Positions 1 through 7,991 of a DNA stretch of 32,000 bases are shown piece by piece. The stretch spans positions 91,101-123,100 of the forward strand of contig OZ246409.1 in NCBI GenBank assembly GCA_965231035.1. The letters are read 5' to 3'. Under the pieces are notes generated by a model. It was not told where the DNA came from. It was given only the letters and a program-made list of their open reading frames with translations, and searched no databases. The position numbers were made by a program, and so were the translations under genes. Position 1 is the first letter of the stretch, and every line of letters begins with the position of its first letter. The stretch comes from an uncultured Muribaculaceae bacterium. GTDB lineage: Bacteria; Pseudomonadota; Alphaproteobacteria; Rs-D84.

Positions 1-86
1 GTGTTTCAGGATATGTTTCCAAAGCAAAAGTGCACAACTGTAATGAATCACAAGATTTGATTATTTCCAGAATCGATTGTTTTATT

Positions 87-563
87 TCATTGTTCATTTT
101 TATCCTCCATTTTATCAAGTGCTTTATCTAGTTTATAAAGAGAACTGTTTGCACATCCGCGTCCGCGCCAAGACATAATTTCTTCACCGCTTCTTTGGTC
201 TGCAATAGAAACGTTAAAATTCCACCACCAAAATCCATTAAATACGCACCATATTGGCATAAACCATTCGCGGCGTTCGGAAACACGTACAACATAACGC
301 GCACCCATCGTATTTGCCGCATCTACATTAACCAATCCATCTTCTGTAAAGCTTTCTATGCTGACACTGTTTGTTGCTTTGCCAACCATAACCTTGTATC
401 CGCGTTCTTCCATTCTTTCTTTGATACTGCGACGCATAGAATAACCGCCACGATCTGCAAATACTGTTTCATTTTTATCCAAGGTCCCAGGCTTGATATA
501 CATGCTGTTGCACCCAGCCAAGGTAAAGCAAAATAAAATTGATAATAATAAGCCTGTTTTCAT
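87..563 (-). CDS. putative lipoprotein, unknown function (158 aa)
   Basis: The N-terminus MKTGLLLSILFCFTLAGC has a signal peptide plus lipobox (LAGC). An AAGAGGA SD lies upstream of ATG 563. No family recognised. Confidence 0.6.
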   Translation of the reverse strand: MKTGLLLSILFCFTLAGCNSMYIKPGTLDKNETVFADRGGYSMRRSIKERMEERGYKVMVGKATNSVSIESFTEDGLVNVDAANTMGARYVVRVSERREWFMPIWCVFNGFWWWNFNVSIADQRSGEEIMSWRGRGCANSSLYKLDKALDKMEDKNEQ

Positions 564-640
564 AATACATCCTCTTGGGAATTTATTCTACAAAATAGGC
601 TTTGATTAATTCAAGTAAATAAAAATTGACGGAATAACAT

Positions 641-669
641 TTGTAAATATAGGAAAACTTTGCTATAAT
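641..669 (+). promoter_or_regulatory. sigma-70-type promoter candidate for the 702..1802 gene
   Basis: TTGTAA (641-646), 17 nt, TGc-TATAAT (664-669, extended -10). An AAAGGAG SD at 685-691 precedes ATG 702. Confidence 0.45.
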
Positions 670-701
670 ATACATCAATAAAGTAAAGGAGTCTCGAATA
701 A

Positions 702-1802
702 ATGTCAGTTCCTGAACAGAATAACGTGTCGTCAGTTATAAATAATTTCAGTCGATATGGGGAAGCCTTTTACAAATTTGCAGAAGCTTTTTATAATTAT
801 AAATTTTCTTACGAACTTGTTTTTTCTCAGCTTGGATCAATTTCCAGCACGCTAAAAGGGGCAAGACCTGGTAAATCTGGTGATTTACAAAATAATATAA
901 AAGAAGCTCAATTTAATAATCTTGTAAATATTGGAAATTTTATAAAAACTTTGGAATTTAACATGAGCAATATAGCTTATGGTAAGACCAGAATTTCAAA
1001 TACGGAAATTCCAGAAAAAAATAAAATATTAATGAATAACATTTCAAAAGAAGATTTGCTGGGATTTCCACATGGATGGAACGAACATATCCACAATGAG
1101 TTTAAAACAGATATAAAAAGACAAAAAGTTGATAAAAATTCAGGTATTGTTAACTGGGATGTTTTGTTTGCAAAACTGCTGGATATCGATAATTATGGAT
1201 TACAGGGTATTTTTAATAGAACTGTGATGGAATATGACATGGATCTAGAATTGTATAACTATGGCGAATTACTTGGAGGCACAGTTTTTTCAAATAGCGA
1301 AAAGTTTGCCAAATACAGAGAAGATTGTTCAAATGTTTTTAATAACACACCAAAGGCAGCTATGCGCGAAATACACAGGGCCGAGTATATTATCATGCAC
1401 ACATCTTGTGCAAACCGTCTATCTTATTTAACAAACAGATTTCATAATAATAACCTGATGCGGAACAAGGTTGAAAATACCATGAACGCAAGACAAATAA
1501 ATATGGGCGAAGCACAAAAACCAAAACCAGAACCAAAAATCATAGATTCAATAAACGATATAACTACTTGGTTAAAGACTGTTGATCTTCCTTCGAATGA
1601 TGAGTTTTTAGTAAAAGAGTCCATTAACGATTTTAATTGTTTATTACAATATTTAGAAGACGGGGATAAAATTGAAAGTTGGCCTCAATTTTTCCAAAAT
1701 TCTGCTAATCTGGCATTTATGTCCTTGGCTATGACATCCGAAGCCCGAAAAAGAGATAAAAAGATAATTGAAATGATAAAAGAAAAATTTCAAGTAAGAT
1801 AA
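702..1802 (+). CDS. hypothetical protein, Asn/Lys-rich orphan (366 aa), no signal peptide
   Basis: Long ORF with a good SD and promoter, followed by a hairpin terminator. No recognisable domain or motif. Confidence 0.6.
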   Translation: MSVPEQNNVSSVINNFSRYGEAFYKFAEAFYNYKFSYELVFSQLGSISSTLKGARPGKSGDLQNNIKEAQFNNLVNIGNFIKTLEFNMSNIAYGKTRISNTEIPEKNKILMNNISKEDLLGFPHGWNEHIHNEFKTDIKRQKVDKNSGIVNWDVLFAKLLDIDNYGLQGIFNRTVMEYDMDLELYNYGELLGGTVFSNSEKFAKYREDCSNVFNNTPKAAMREIHRAEYIIMHTSCANRLSYLTNRFHNNNLMRNKVENTMNARQINMGEAQKPKPEPKIIDSINDITTWLKTVDLPSNDEFLVKESINDFNCLLQYLEDGDKIESWPQFFQNSANLAFMSLAMTSEARKRDKKIIEMIKEKFQVR

Positions 1803-1806
1803 AAAT

Positions 1807-1831
1807 ACCCGCAGAAATGCGGGTTTTATTT
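1807..1831 (+). terminator. rho-independent terminator
   Basis: ACCCGC-agaaat-GCGGGT hairpin followed by TTTATTTT, 5 nt after the stop at 1802. Confidence 0.6.
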
Positions 1832-1908
1832 TGGTGCACCCGACAAGAGTCGAACTTGTAATCTCTGCCTTCGGAGGGCAGCGCTTTATCCAGTTAAGCC
1901 ACGGGTGC
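1832..1908 (-). tRNA. tRNA-Arg (anticodon CCG)
   Basis: The reverse complement folds as a cloverleaf. Acceptor GCACCCG/CGGGTGC, D stem GCTT/AAGC, anticodon stem CTGCC/GGCAG with loop CTCCGAA, T arm ACAAG-TTCGACT-CTTGT, encoded CCA. Confidence 0.9.
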
Positions 1909-1924
1909 ATTTCCGAATTATATT

Positions 1925-2993
1925 TTATTTTGCCAACATTGCCAGCATAAAGTCGTCCAAGTCGCCATCTAATACCGCATCTGAATCTGTTTTTTCTACA
2001 CCTGTCCGAACATCCTTGACCAGTTGATAGGGATACAAAACATAATTTCTGATCTGGCTGCCCCATTCAATTTTTTTCTGATTTGCCTTGGCGGCGTCTT
2101 CGGCGGCTGCACGTTTCTGCATTTCTAATTCATACAAGCGTGAACGCAACATCTTCATAGCCACTTCACGATTTTGCAGTTGTGAACGTTCGTTCTGACA
2201 GGTTACCACCGTATTAGTAGGTAAGTGAGTTATGCGAACAGCACTGTCGGTTTTATTAACACTTTGACCACCAGCACCTTGGGAACGGTATGTATCAATT
2301 CGCAAATCTTTATCATTAATTTCAATTTCAATAGTATCGTCAATATCTGGCCAAACATCAATCGAAGCAAAGCTGGTCTGGCGTTTGCCATTTGCATTAA
2401 AAGGCGAAATTCTGACCAACCTGTGAACACCGATTTCGTTTTTTAGCCAACCAAATGCACGGTTTCCGATAATTCGAAATGTTACATTTTTTATTCCTGC
2501 TGTGTCGCCTTCGTGTTCTTCAATAACTTCCAGACTGAATCCATGACGCTCGGACCATCTTTGATACATTCTGGAAAGCATCTGTGCCCAGTCTTGAGCT
2601 TCGGTTCCACCAGCGCCAGCCTGGATAAAAAGAAAAGCACCACTGTTGTCCATTGGGTCGTTAAACAACGTTATGAATTTAGCGGCATGCGCACGTTCGC
2701 CTAAGTTCTCGATTGCTTTTACAACTTCGGAATCATCAGGTGCCATTTGAAACAATTCGCTCAAATCTTTATAATCTGATTCTAATGACAAAAGTTCAGA
2801 TAAACTCTTTTCCAAGTTGGATTTTTTCTGCAACAAGGAACGTGCATTGTCGGGGTTATTCCAAAGATCTGGAACATTAACCTGGGTATTTAATTCATCA
2901 ATTTCGGATTGTAATTTTACAGGGTCAAAGAAACCCCCTGATGGCAGAAATGTCATCAGAAACTTGCGTCAAAATTTCATTTGGTAATATCAT
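1925..2993 (-). CDS. prfB: peptide chain release factor 2, with programmed +1 frameshift at 2927
   Basis: SPF (RISPFNANGKRQTSF) and GGQ (SQGAGGQSVNKTDSAVR) motifs are present. Frame 0 from ATG 2993 gives MILPNEILTQVSDDISAIRGFL, then TGA. AGGGGG-TTT-CTT-TGA-C is the classical prfB shift site joining to DPVKLQSE... Confidence 0.95.
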
Positions 2994-3000
2994 GGCAATC

Positions 3001-3028
3001 AGGGTAACAATTTATTTGCATAAATCAA
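3001..3028 (-). promoter_or_regulatory. promoter candidate abutting the prfB start (predicted leaderless)
   Basis: On the minus strand: TTGATT (3028-3023), 16 nt, TGt-TACCCT (3006-3001), 7 nt, ATG 2993. No SD. Confidence 0.35.
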
Positions 3029-3048
3029 TAAGTTTTATAAATGAACGT

Positions 3049-3077
3049 TTGCGTTTTTTTTTGAAATATGATAAAAT
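3049..3077 (+). promoter_or_regulatory. promoter candidate for the 3102..4337 gene
   Basis: TTGCGT (3049-3054), 17 nt, TGa-TAAAAT (3072-3077). A GAGAGAGGA SD precedes ATG 3102. Confidence 0.45.
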
Positions 3078-3101
3078 TTCCTTAATGAGAGAGGATTTTA
3101 T

Positions 3102-4337
3102 ATGAAAAAATATTTACTCTTTGCCATTTGTTCTTTGTGCTTGGTGCCTGCGGCGCATGCTTTATCGGCTGGAACTGTTAATGGAAATGATACCTCGCGC
3201 AGTACCGTCACTTCATCCAACAGTGATCGTGGTGACCAAAGCTTGGCTAACGCTTACAGAACAAATCAAAGAAATACTTATTATATGGTAAATCAACCAG
3301 ATGTTGATACTGCATGCCGTACAAAGATTTATAAATGTTTGGCTGACTATTGTGGTGATGTTACTGTGGTTCCTGGACAACGTGACAGCCGCTGCACATA
3401 TTCAACTGAAAGTGAACTTTATAACTACGCGTTACTATGTCTGCAAAAAGATACTGACATATTGTTGCCCCAATATAATACCAATACCAGAAATGGAACA
3501 GGTGGTATGAACACAGCGGCCAAGCTTTGTCCTTCTTATGTTCAGCAAGAATTGATGTCTTATTTATCAATGGCAAACAGTGCAACCCAGCTTAGCAAAT
3601 CCAGATCCAGTGTTTGTTTGGAAAGACGCCAAGAACTGGAAGCTGCAACAGCTTGTCATTCAATCGCTTTGGCTTATGGAAATGAAACAACCAGCATGTT
3701 AAATTCTCAACTGACAGATTATTGTGGTTCTGGTGTTGCTGGGGGTTCTTCTGAAATGGTTACCAAGTTTGCAAATGCTGGAAATGTAGGCGCAAATATT
3801 TGGGGTTGGGCAGAAAAAGTTGTTAATTTAGACCTGAATAAAAAGGGTGAAGATTGGCAAGTTGCGGTTGATGCAGTTCTGGCAGGTTACACGAATCGTA
3901 TGAATTTGGCTTGTGGCGATGATGTTCAAATGAATACATCTTCATATTCTGCAAACAGTAATGATAGTCAACCTACAACATTGCAAACTGCTGCTGCTTT
4001 GGCAGTTGGTGCTGCGTTTCCAACAACAGGTGCAGCAAATGTTCAGAATCCTTATGAATCTTGGAGTGTCTGGCAAGAAGTTCAAAGTGCAACAGATATT
4101 TATGATTATACAACAGCAAAACAGGTTGTCCAAGCTGGTTTAACAAATGCTTCTACGACCCAGAATGCATTCTTGTCCAGTGCACAAATGGACAGTATGC
4201 AATCTGCTTATAAACTGGGAACTAAGGTATTTATACTTCGCGACAGTTCCAGATGCTATATGATTCCAGTTGCAACTTTGGATGCAAAACAAAAATCTGT
4301 TTTAGCACAGTCATTTGCAAATTGTGTAAGTCAATAA
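3102..4337 (+). CDS. secreted protein, Ser/Thr/Asn/Ala-rich with multiple Cys, unknown function (411 aa)
   Basis: Signal peptide MKKYLLFAICSLCLVPAAHA|LS (AxA cleavage site). Strong SD and a terminator downstream. No domain recognised. Confidence 0.6.
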   Translation: MKKYLLFAICSLCLVPAAHALSAGTVNGNDTSRSTVTSSNSDRGDQSLANAYRTNQRNTYYMVNQPDVDTACRTKIYKCLADYCGDVTVVPGQRDSRCTYSTESELYNYALLCLQKDTDILLPQYNTNTRNGTGGMNTAAKLCPSYVQQELMSYLSMANSATQLSKSRSSVCLERRQELEAATACHSIALAYGNETTSMLNSQLTDYCGSGVAGGSSEMVTKFANAGNVGANIWGWAEKVVNLDLNKKGEDWQVAVDAVLAGYTNRMNLACGDDVQMNTSSYSANSNDSQPTTLQTAAALAVGAAFPTTGAANVQNPYESWSVWQEVQSATDIYDYTTAKQVVQAGLTNASTTQNAFLSSAQMDSMQSAYKLGTKVFILRDSSRCYMIPVATLDAKQKSVLAQSFANCVSQ

Positions 4338-4342
4338 AATTA

Positions 4343-4368
4343 AACCGCCAACTGGCGGTTTTCATTTT
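4343..4368. terminator. bidirectional rho-independent terminator between convergent genes
   Basis: AACCGCC-aact-GGCGGTT hairpin with an A-rich 5' flank and a T-rich 3' flank. It lies between stops at 4337 (+) and 4371 (-). Confidence 0.65.
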
Positions 4369-4370
4369 CT

Positions 4371-5252
4371 TTAATAATTGATTTTTTTCGTTCCTATCTG
4401 TATACCAAACAAGTAATACCGAATTTTTTTGATAAAAAATTCTTTACTGAATATATTTATGTTAAACATTTTGAATTTTTCAACAATGAATGGTGATTCT
4501 GGTATTTTAAAAAACCTTATGGCCCCACTGCTGGTCAGAAAATTATGATATTTTATCCAAACTTTTTCCGCTTTGTCAGTATTAGTAACATTTACATGTT
4601 TTTTCATATTTTTACTTAATGTGGCATTACTTTCAATTACATTATATTTTGCCTTTGGAACCAAAGTTATATTATTTGCTAAAACAATTGAAAACCTTGT
4701 AAAAATTATATCTTGCTTGCCGAAAATGGCTGGTTCATATTTTAGTTTTGCTCTATCTAGGAATTCTTTTTTATACAAATATCGCCATGCCGGATGAAAT
4801 CTGTTTGCACGTGTTTTTAAAATTTTATCTTCCAAAGTACAACATATTTCTAAATTATCAAATTCTGGAAAATTATATCCAGGTTGATTTACCTCGCCAC
4901 ATAAAATGTCGGAATTTGTCGTTTCGGCAGCCTTTGCCATCAGCTCGTAATAATCCAAATTTACAAAATCATCGTGGTCATGAAAATGAATATAATCACC
5001 GGTTGCCATTAATAAACCAGTATTCAAGGCAACCGCCGGCCCAGAATTCTTTTGTTTCTTTATTTTGATTCTTTTATCTTTTTTAGCATATTGATTATAT
5101 ATTACGGGCGAATTGTCTGTACTTCCATCATCAACAATTATTATTTCCAAATTCTTATATGTTTGATGAACAATATGTTCAAGGCATTTTTCTAAGAACT
5201 TCTCAGCATTATACACAGGTATAATCACAGATATTTTGATTGTTTGTTTCAT
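4371..5252 (-). CDS. family 2 glycosyltransferase (293 aa)
   Basis: The N-terminus KISVIIPVYNAEKFLEKCLEHIVHQTYKNLEIIIVDDGSTDNS is the classic GT2 (GT-A) signature, including the DDG motif. There is a later DHDD acidic motif and an AAGGAA SD. Confidence 0.85.
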   Translation of the reverse strand: MKQTIKISVIIPVYNAEKFLEKCLEHIVHQTYKNLEIIIVDDGSTDNSPVIYNQYAKKDKRIKIKKQKNSGPAVALNTGLLMATGDYIHFHDHDDFVNLDYYELMAKAAETTNSDILCGEVNQPGYNFPEFDNLEICCTLEDKILKTRANRFHPAWRYLYKKEFLDRAKLKYEPAIFGKQDIIFTRFSIVLANNITLVPKAKYNVIESNATLSKNMKKHVNVTNTDKAEKVWIKYHNFLTSSGAIRFFKIPESPFIVEKFKMFNINIFSKEFFIKKIRYYLFGIQIGTKKINY

Positions 5253-5296
5253 TAAAATTCCTTATTTTTTACAAAAAAACTCTTAATAAAAATTAG

Positions 5297-5440
5297 GAGT
5301 CGGGAAGTTCAACAGTCATATAACTTTGACCTTGTGGTTTTCAGGCATAAGCCTTGTTGTATAGCCACATCTTCCTGACATAAGGTCGGAACAGGTCAGT
5401 TAAAACACTTGCGGTGCCAGTTATATGGGTGTTGAAACCC
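5297..5440. ncRNA. candidate structured RNA (unclassified): independent sRNA or 5' leader of the GT2 gene
   Basis: A GC-richer island in an AT-rich intergenic region. A long closing helix pairs 5307-5325 with 5419-5438 (GTTCAACA..CATATAACT / AGTTATATG..TGTTGAAC). It encloses three hairpins: 5333-5369 (with nested 5343-5354), 5375-5399 and 5406-5416. No ORF. Confidence 0.3.
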
Positions 5441-5480
5441 AACTACTAACTTGTTTTTGTTTCGTTCAAGAAATATATAA

Positions 5481-5509
5481 ATATTAAGGTATTATTGTAA
5501 AAAAATCAA
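5481..5509 (-). promoter_or_regulatory. promoter candidate that would transcribe the structured island plus the GT2 gene
   Basis: On the minus strand: TTGATT (5509-5504), 17 nt, TAATAT (5486-5481). This implies a roughly 220-nt leader before ATG 5252. Confidence 0.35.
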
Positions 5510-5532
5510 TAAATATAAAAAATCTATGTTTC

Positions 5533-5561
5533 TTGAAAAAAAGGTATTTTTTTGATATAAT
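5533..5561 (+). promoter_or_regulatory. near-consensus promoter abutting the amidase start (predicted leaderless)
   Basis: TTGAAA (5533-5538), 17 nt, TGa-TATAAT (5556-5561). GTG 5567 follows 5 nt later and ATG 5570 follows 8 nt later. No SD. Confidence 0.55.
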
Positions 5562-5566
5562 CCCCA

Positions 5567-6724
5567 GTGATGAATATTTCCAGAAGGTCAGTTTTAAAAA
5601 TTGCAGGCATGGGTGCATTGCTTATCAGCTTTGTCCCACGGGTTGCCTTTGCTGCACGTGGTCAGCTGAAGTCTTTACGCACTGGTGTTCAACCAGGTAA
5701 TAAAACCAGACTGGTTATTGAAACATCTACCAGACCTTCGTATAATTTATCTTATTATGAAAACAGGCTGGTTGTCAGTTTGGCAAACACAACCGGTAAT
5801 TTATATATAAACCCTAAAATGGTTCCTGGAACTTTGGTAAAATCATTAACTCAAAGTCAGGCTGGTGATCGTTTGTTAATAACAGCAAATTTGTCAAAAT
5901 CTATTTCTGAAATCCCAAGAAATCAAATATTATTATTGCAACCAAATGGCGACAATGGATACCGATTGGTTCTGGATTTTGTTGCTGGAAAATCTGCTGT
6001 TGTTGCATCAAATTCTGAAGTCGTTAAACAGCAAACTCAATCTGCAAAAAAATATGTAATTGTTATTGATCCTGGTCATGGTGGTAAAGATCCTGGGTGC
6101 ATTGGCAGACATGGGTCCAAGGAAAAGCATGTTGTTTTGGCAGTCGGCAGAAAGTTAAAAACAAAACTTGATGCGGCTGGGTTTAACGCGCGCCTGACAC
6201 GCAGCACAGATGTATTTTTGAATTTGGACACTCGTGCGAACTTGGCAGAAAAATATCATGCAGATTTGTTTATTTCTTTGCACGCAAATTCAAACCCCAG
6301 CCGTTCTATGCAGGGATTTTCAATTTATACTTTATCTAAAAAAGCATCTGACCAAGAGGCACAAAAATTGGCCGAGGCTGAAAATGCTTCTGATAAAATT
6401 GATGTCGATGGGTTTGAAAAATTCTCGGTGGATGTCAGAAATGCTTTATCTGCTTTGCAACAACAGGCTGTTGCGGAAATGTCAGTTGAATATGCTGCAA
6501 ACTGTGCCGATGATTTGCAAGATGCAGGTGTAAAAAAACAGTGTGGATCGGCGGTTAGACATGCGGCTTTTGCAGTATTGCGCTCAACAATTCCAGGTGC
6601 GTTGATTGAATTGGGTCATTTGACAAATGATGTTGAAGAAAGATTACTGACATCTGATTCTTATCAAGATAAATTGGCCAGCACTGTTTTGAAATCCATC
6701 AAAGAATATAATTTTGAAGTTTAA
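5567..6724 (+). CDS. amiC: N-acetylmuramoyl-L-alanine amidase, AmiC-like (Tat signal, AMIN domain, Amidase_3 domain)
   Basis: Twin-arginine signal SRRSVLKIAGMGALL...AFA. AMIN-like segment LKSLRTGVQPGNKTRLVIE. Catalytic domain VIVIDPGHGGKDPGCIG ... FISLHANS ... ALIELGHLTN. The start may be ATG 5570. Confidence 0.9.
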   Translation: MMNISRRSVLKIAGMGALLISFVPRVAFAARGQLKSLRTGVQPGNKTRLVIETSTRPSYNLSYYENRLVVSLANTTGNLYINPKMVPGTLVKSLTQSQAGDRLLITANLSKSISEIPRNQILLLQPNGDNGYRLVLDFVAGKSAVVASNSEVVKQQTQSAKKYVIVIDPGHGGKDPGCIGRHGSKEKHVVLAVGRKLKTKLDAAGFNARLTRSTDVFLNLDTRANLAEKYHADLFISLHANSNPSRSMQGFSIYTLSKKASDQEAQKLAEAENASDKIDVDGFEKFSVDVRNALSALQQQAVAEMSVEYAANCADDLQDAGVKKQCGSAVRHAAFAVLRSTIPGALIELGHLTNDVEERLLTSDSYQDKLASTVLKSIKEYNFEV

Positions 6725-6726
6725 TG

Positions 6727-7257
6727 TTATTTTACTAAACCAGATTCACGGATTGTATTAACCCAATTTTCTATACCGTCTTTTTTTGATTTAAATAATT
6801 CCAGCCCTTTGAATACAGTATCATTCTTTACAATAGTTTCTCCAAAAAGATTTTCATATTCAAATTTACTTTGGGGATAATTCCTTGGAAAATAATAGCC
6901 CAAATGTTCTGTTTTAAATTCTTTAGTGTACCATATATATGACATCCATACTTGGCGACTAATTTTTGTAAGAGAAAGAGAATTTTTTGGAAAATTCTTT
7001 GCAGATTTTATAAAATAATCTGTGAACACAATAGCAGTTGGTTCTGTAATTGTATTACCTGTTTTACTGCGGGTTTCATGCCCAAAAGAAAGAATAAGCA
7101 TAGCAAGATCAGGTGTATTTTTTAACAATTCTTGAATAGAAGGATCGCTTGGTGTTTTTATAAATTTATCTTTACGCAAATTTTTTATTTTAAGTTCGAA
7201 ACATTCATAAAGTGAACCATTATCAATTTTCCAGATATTTGTTTGATTTACATACAT
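6727..7257 (-). CDS. hypothetical protein (176 aa), low-GC orphan
   Basis: ORF with an AAGAGG SD. It is convergent with amiC with only a 2-nt gap. No domain recognised. Confidence 0.5.
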   Translation of the reverse strand: MYVNQTNIWKIDNGSLYECFELKIKNLRKDKFIKTPSDPSIQELLKNTPDLAMLILSFGHETRSKTGNTITEPTAIVFTDYFIKSAKNFPKNSLSLTKISRQVWMSYIWYTKEFKTEHLGYYFPRNYPQSKFEYENLFGETIVKNDTVFKGLELFKSKKDGIENWVNTIRESGLVK

Positions 7258-7385
7258 ACTTGGCCTCTTGTATAAACCTACAGCCTCTCTTGGGACGGGA
7301 TTGTATAACTTTTTATATTATTGGCAAGATTTATTTTATAGATTCTTGCAATTTATAAAATAAAATGATAGCGTTCTGCGATACT

Positions 7386-7475
7386 GGAGACGTGGCAGAG
7401 TGGTTGAATGTACCTGACTCGAAATCAGGCATACTCGCAAGAGTATCAAGGGTTCAAATCCCTTCGTCTCCGCCA
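7386..7475 (+). tRNA. tRNA-Ser (anticodon CGA)
   Basis: Acceptor GGAGACG/CGTCTCC, anticodon stem CCTGA/TCAGG with loop CTCGAAA, long variable arm ATACTC-gcaa-GAGTAT, T arm AAGGG-TTCAAAT-CCCTT, encoded CCA. Confidence 0.92.
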
Positions 7476-7488
7476 GAATTTTATAATA

Positions 7489-7911
7489 ATGACACGGATA
7501 AATTTAATACCTGTTTCCGAGCTGTCCGATCAGCATTTGATGGCAGAATACCGAGAGCTGCCACGTGTCGTTAATGGTGTTCTGGCGGGCAAGTTCAATT
7601 CAACCAATATTCCAAGTAAATATGTCTTGGGGGCGGGGCATGTTAAATTCTTTACAAATAAGATAATTTTTCTGTCTGAACGCTATAAAAAGATTTATGA
7701 CGAACTGGTATACCGTAAATTTAACCCAGACCCACGCTATACCCCCGAAGGGCTTTTTAAGAAAATTACCCCAGAAAACTATGTTGGAGATGAAAAATAT
7801 AAGTTTTCTGCCACAGATATTGCACTGTCCAGGCAAAGAATTATCGAAAAAATCCTTATGAAACCGCATTGGTACAGGTGGACAAACCGTAAAAAACCAA
7901 AGTATGCATAA
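7489..7911 (+). CDS. denV: pyrimidine-dimer DNA glycosylase/AP lyase, T4 endonuclease V family (140 aa)
   Basis: [27 protein letters not shown]... closely parallels phage T4 endonuclease V ([27 protein letters not shown]) in sequence and size. The ORF-track start at 7408 overlaps the tRNA, so ATG 7489 is used. Confidence 0.9.
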   Translation: [140 protein letters not shown]

Positions 7912-7991
7912 TATCTCATATCTAATAAAAACACTTTACTCTTGCCAAAATATGCTATGATATGAATAATACTTAATAAAGAGGTGCAAAA

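Noticed and set aside
195-536. Many ORFs of 60-150 aa lie antisense to or out of frame within larger genes. Examples are 195..536, 2225..2446, 8277..8723, 12152..12565, 14702..14992, 25711..26062 and 31244..31727.
   Set aside because: They are fully nested in ORFs with strong family signatures, lack SDs and have low-complexity or odd composition. They are typical shadow ORFs.
1653-2066. A 137-aa minus-strand ORF spans the tRNA-Arg gene and the 3' end of prfB.
   Set aside because: It overlaps a clear tRNA cloverleaf and the prfB coding frame, so it is spurious.
5297-5440. I considered whether the structured island is SRP (4.5S) RNA, 6S RNA, tmRNA or RNase P RNA.
   Set aside because: On neither strand did I find the SRP GGAA-tetraloop/AGCA helix 8 motif, a tRNA-like T-arm plus tag ORF, or a size or shape fitting RNase P or 6S. 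The class is left open rather than named.
7365-7488. ORF-track starts at 7365 and 7408 would extend reading frames across tRNA-Ser(CGA).
   Set aside because: The region is a well-formed tRNA. Similarity to T4 endonuclease V begins exactly at ATG 7489.
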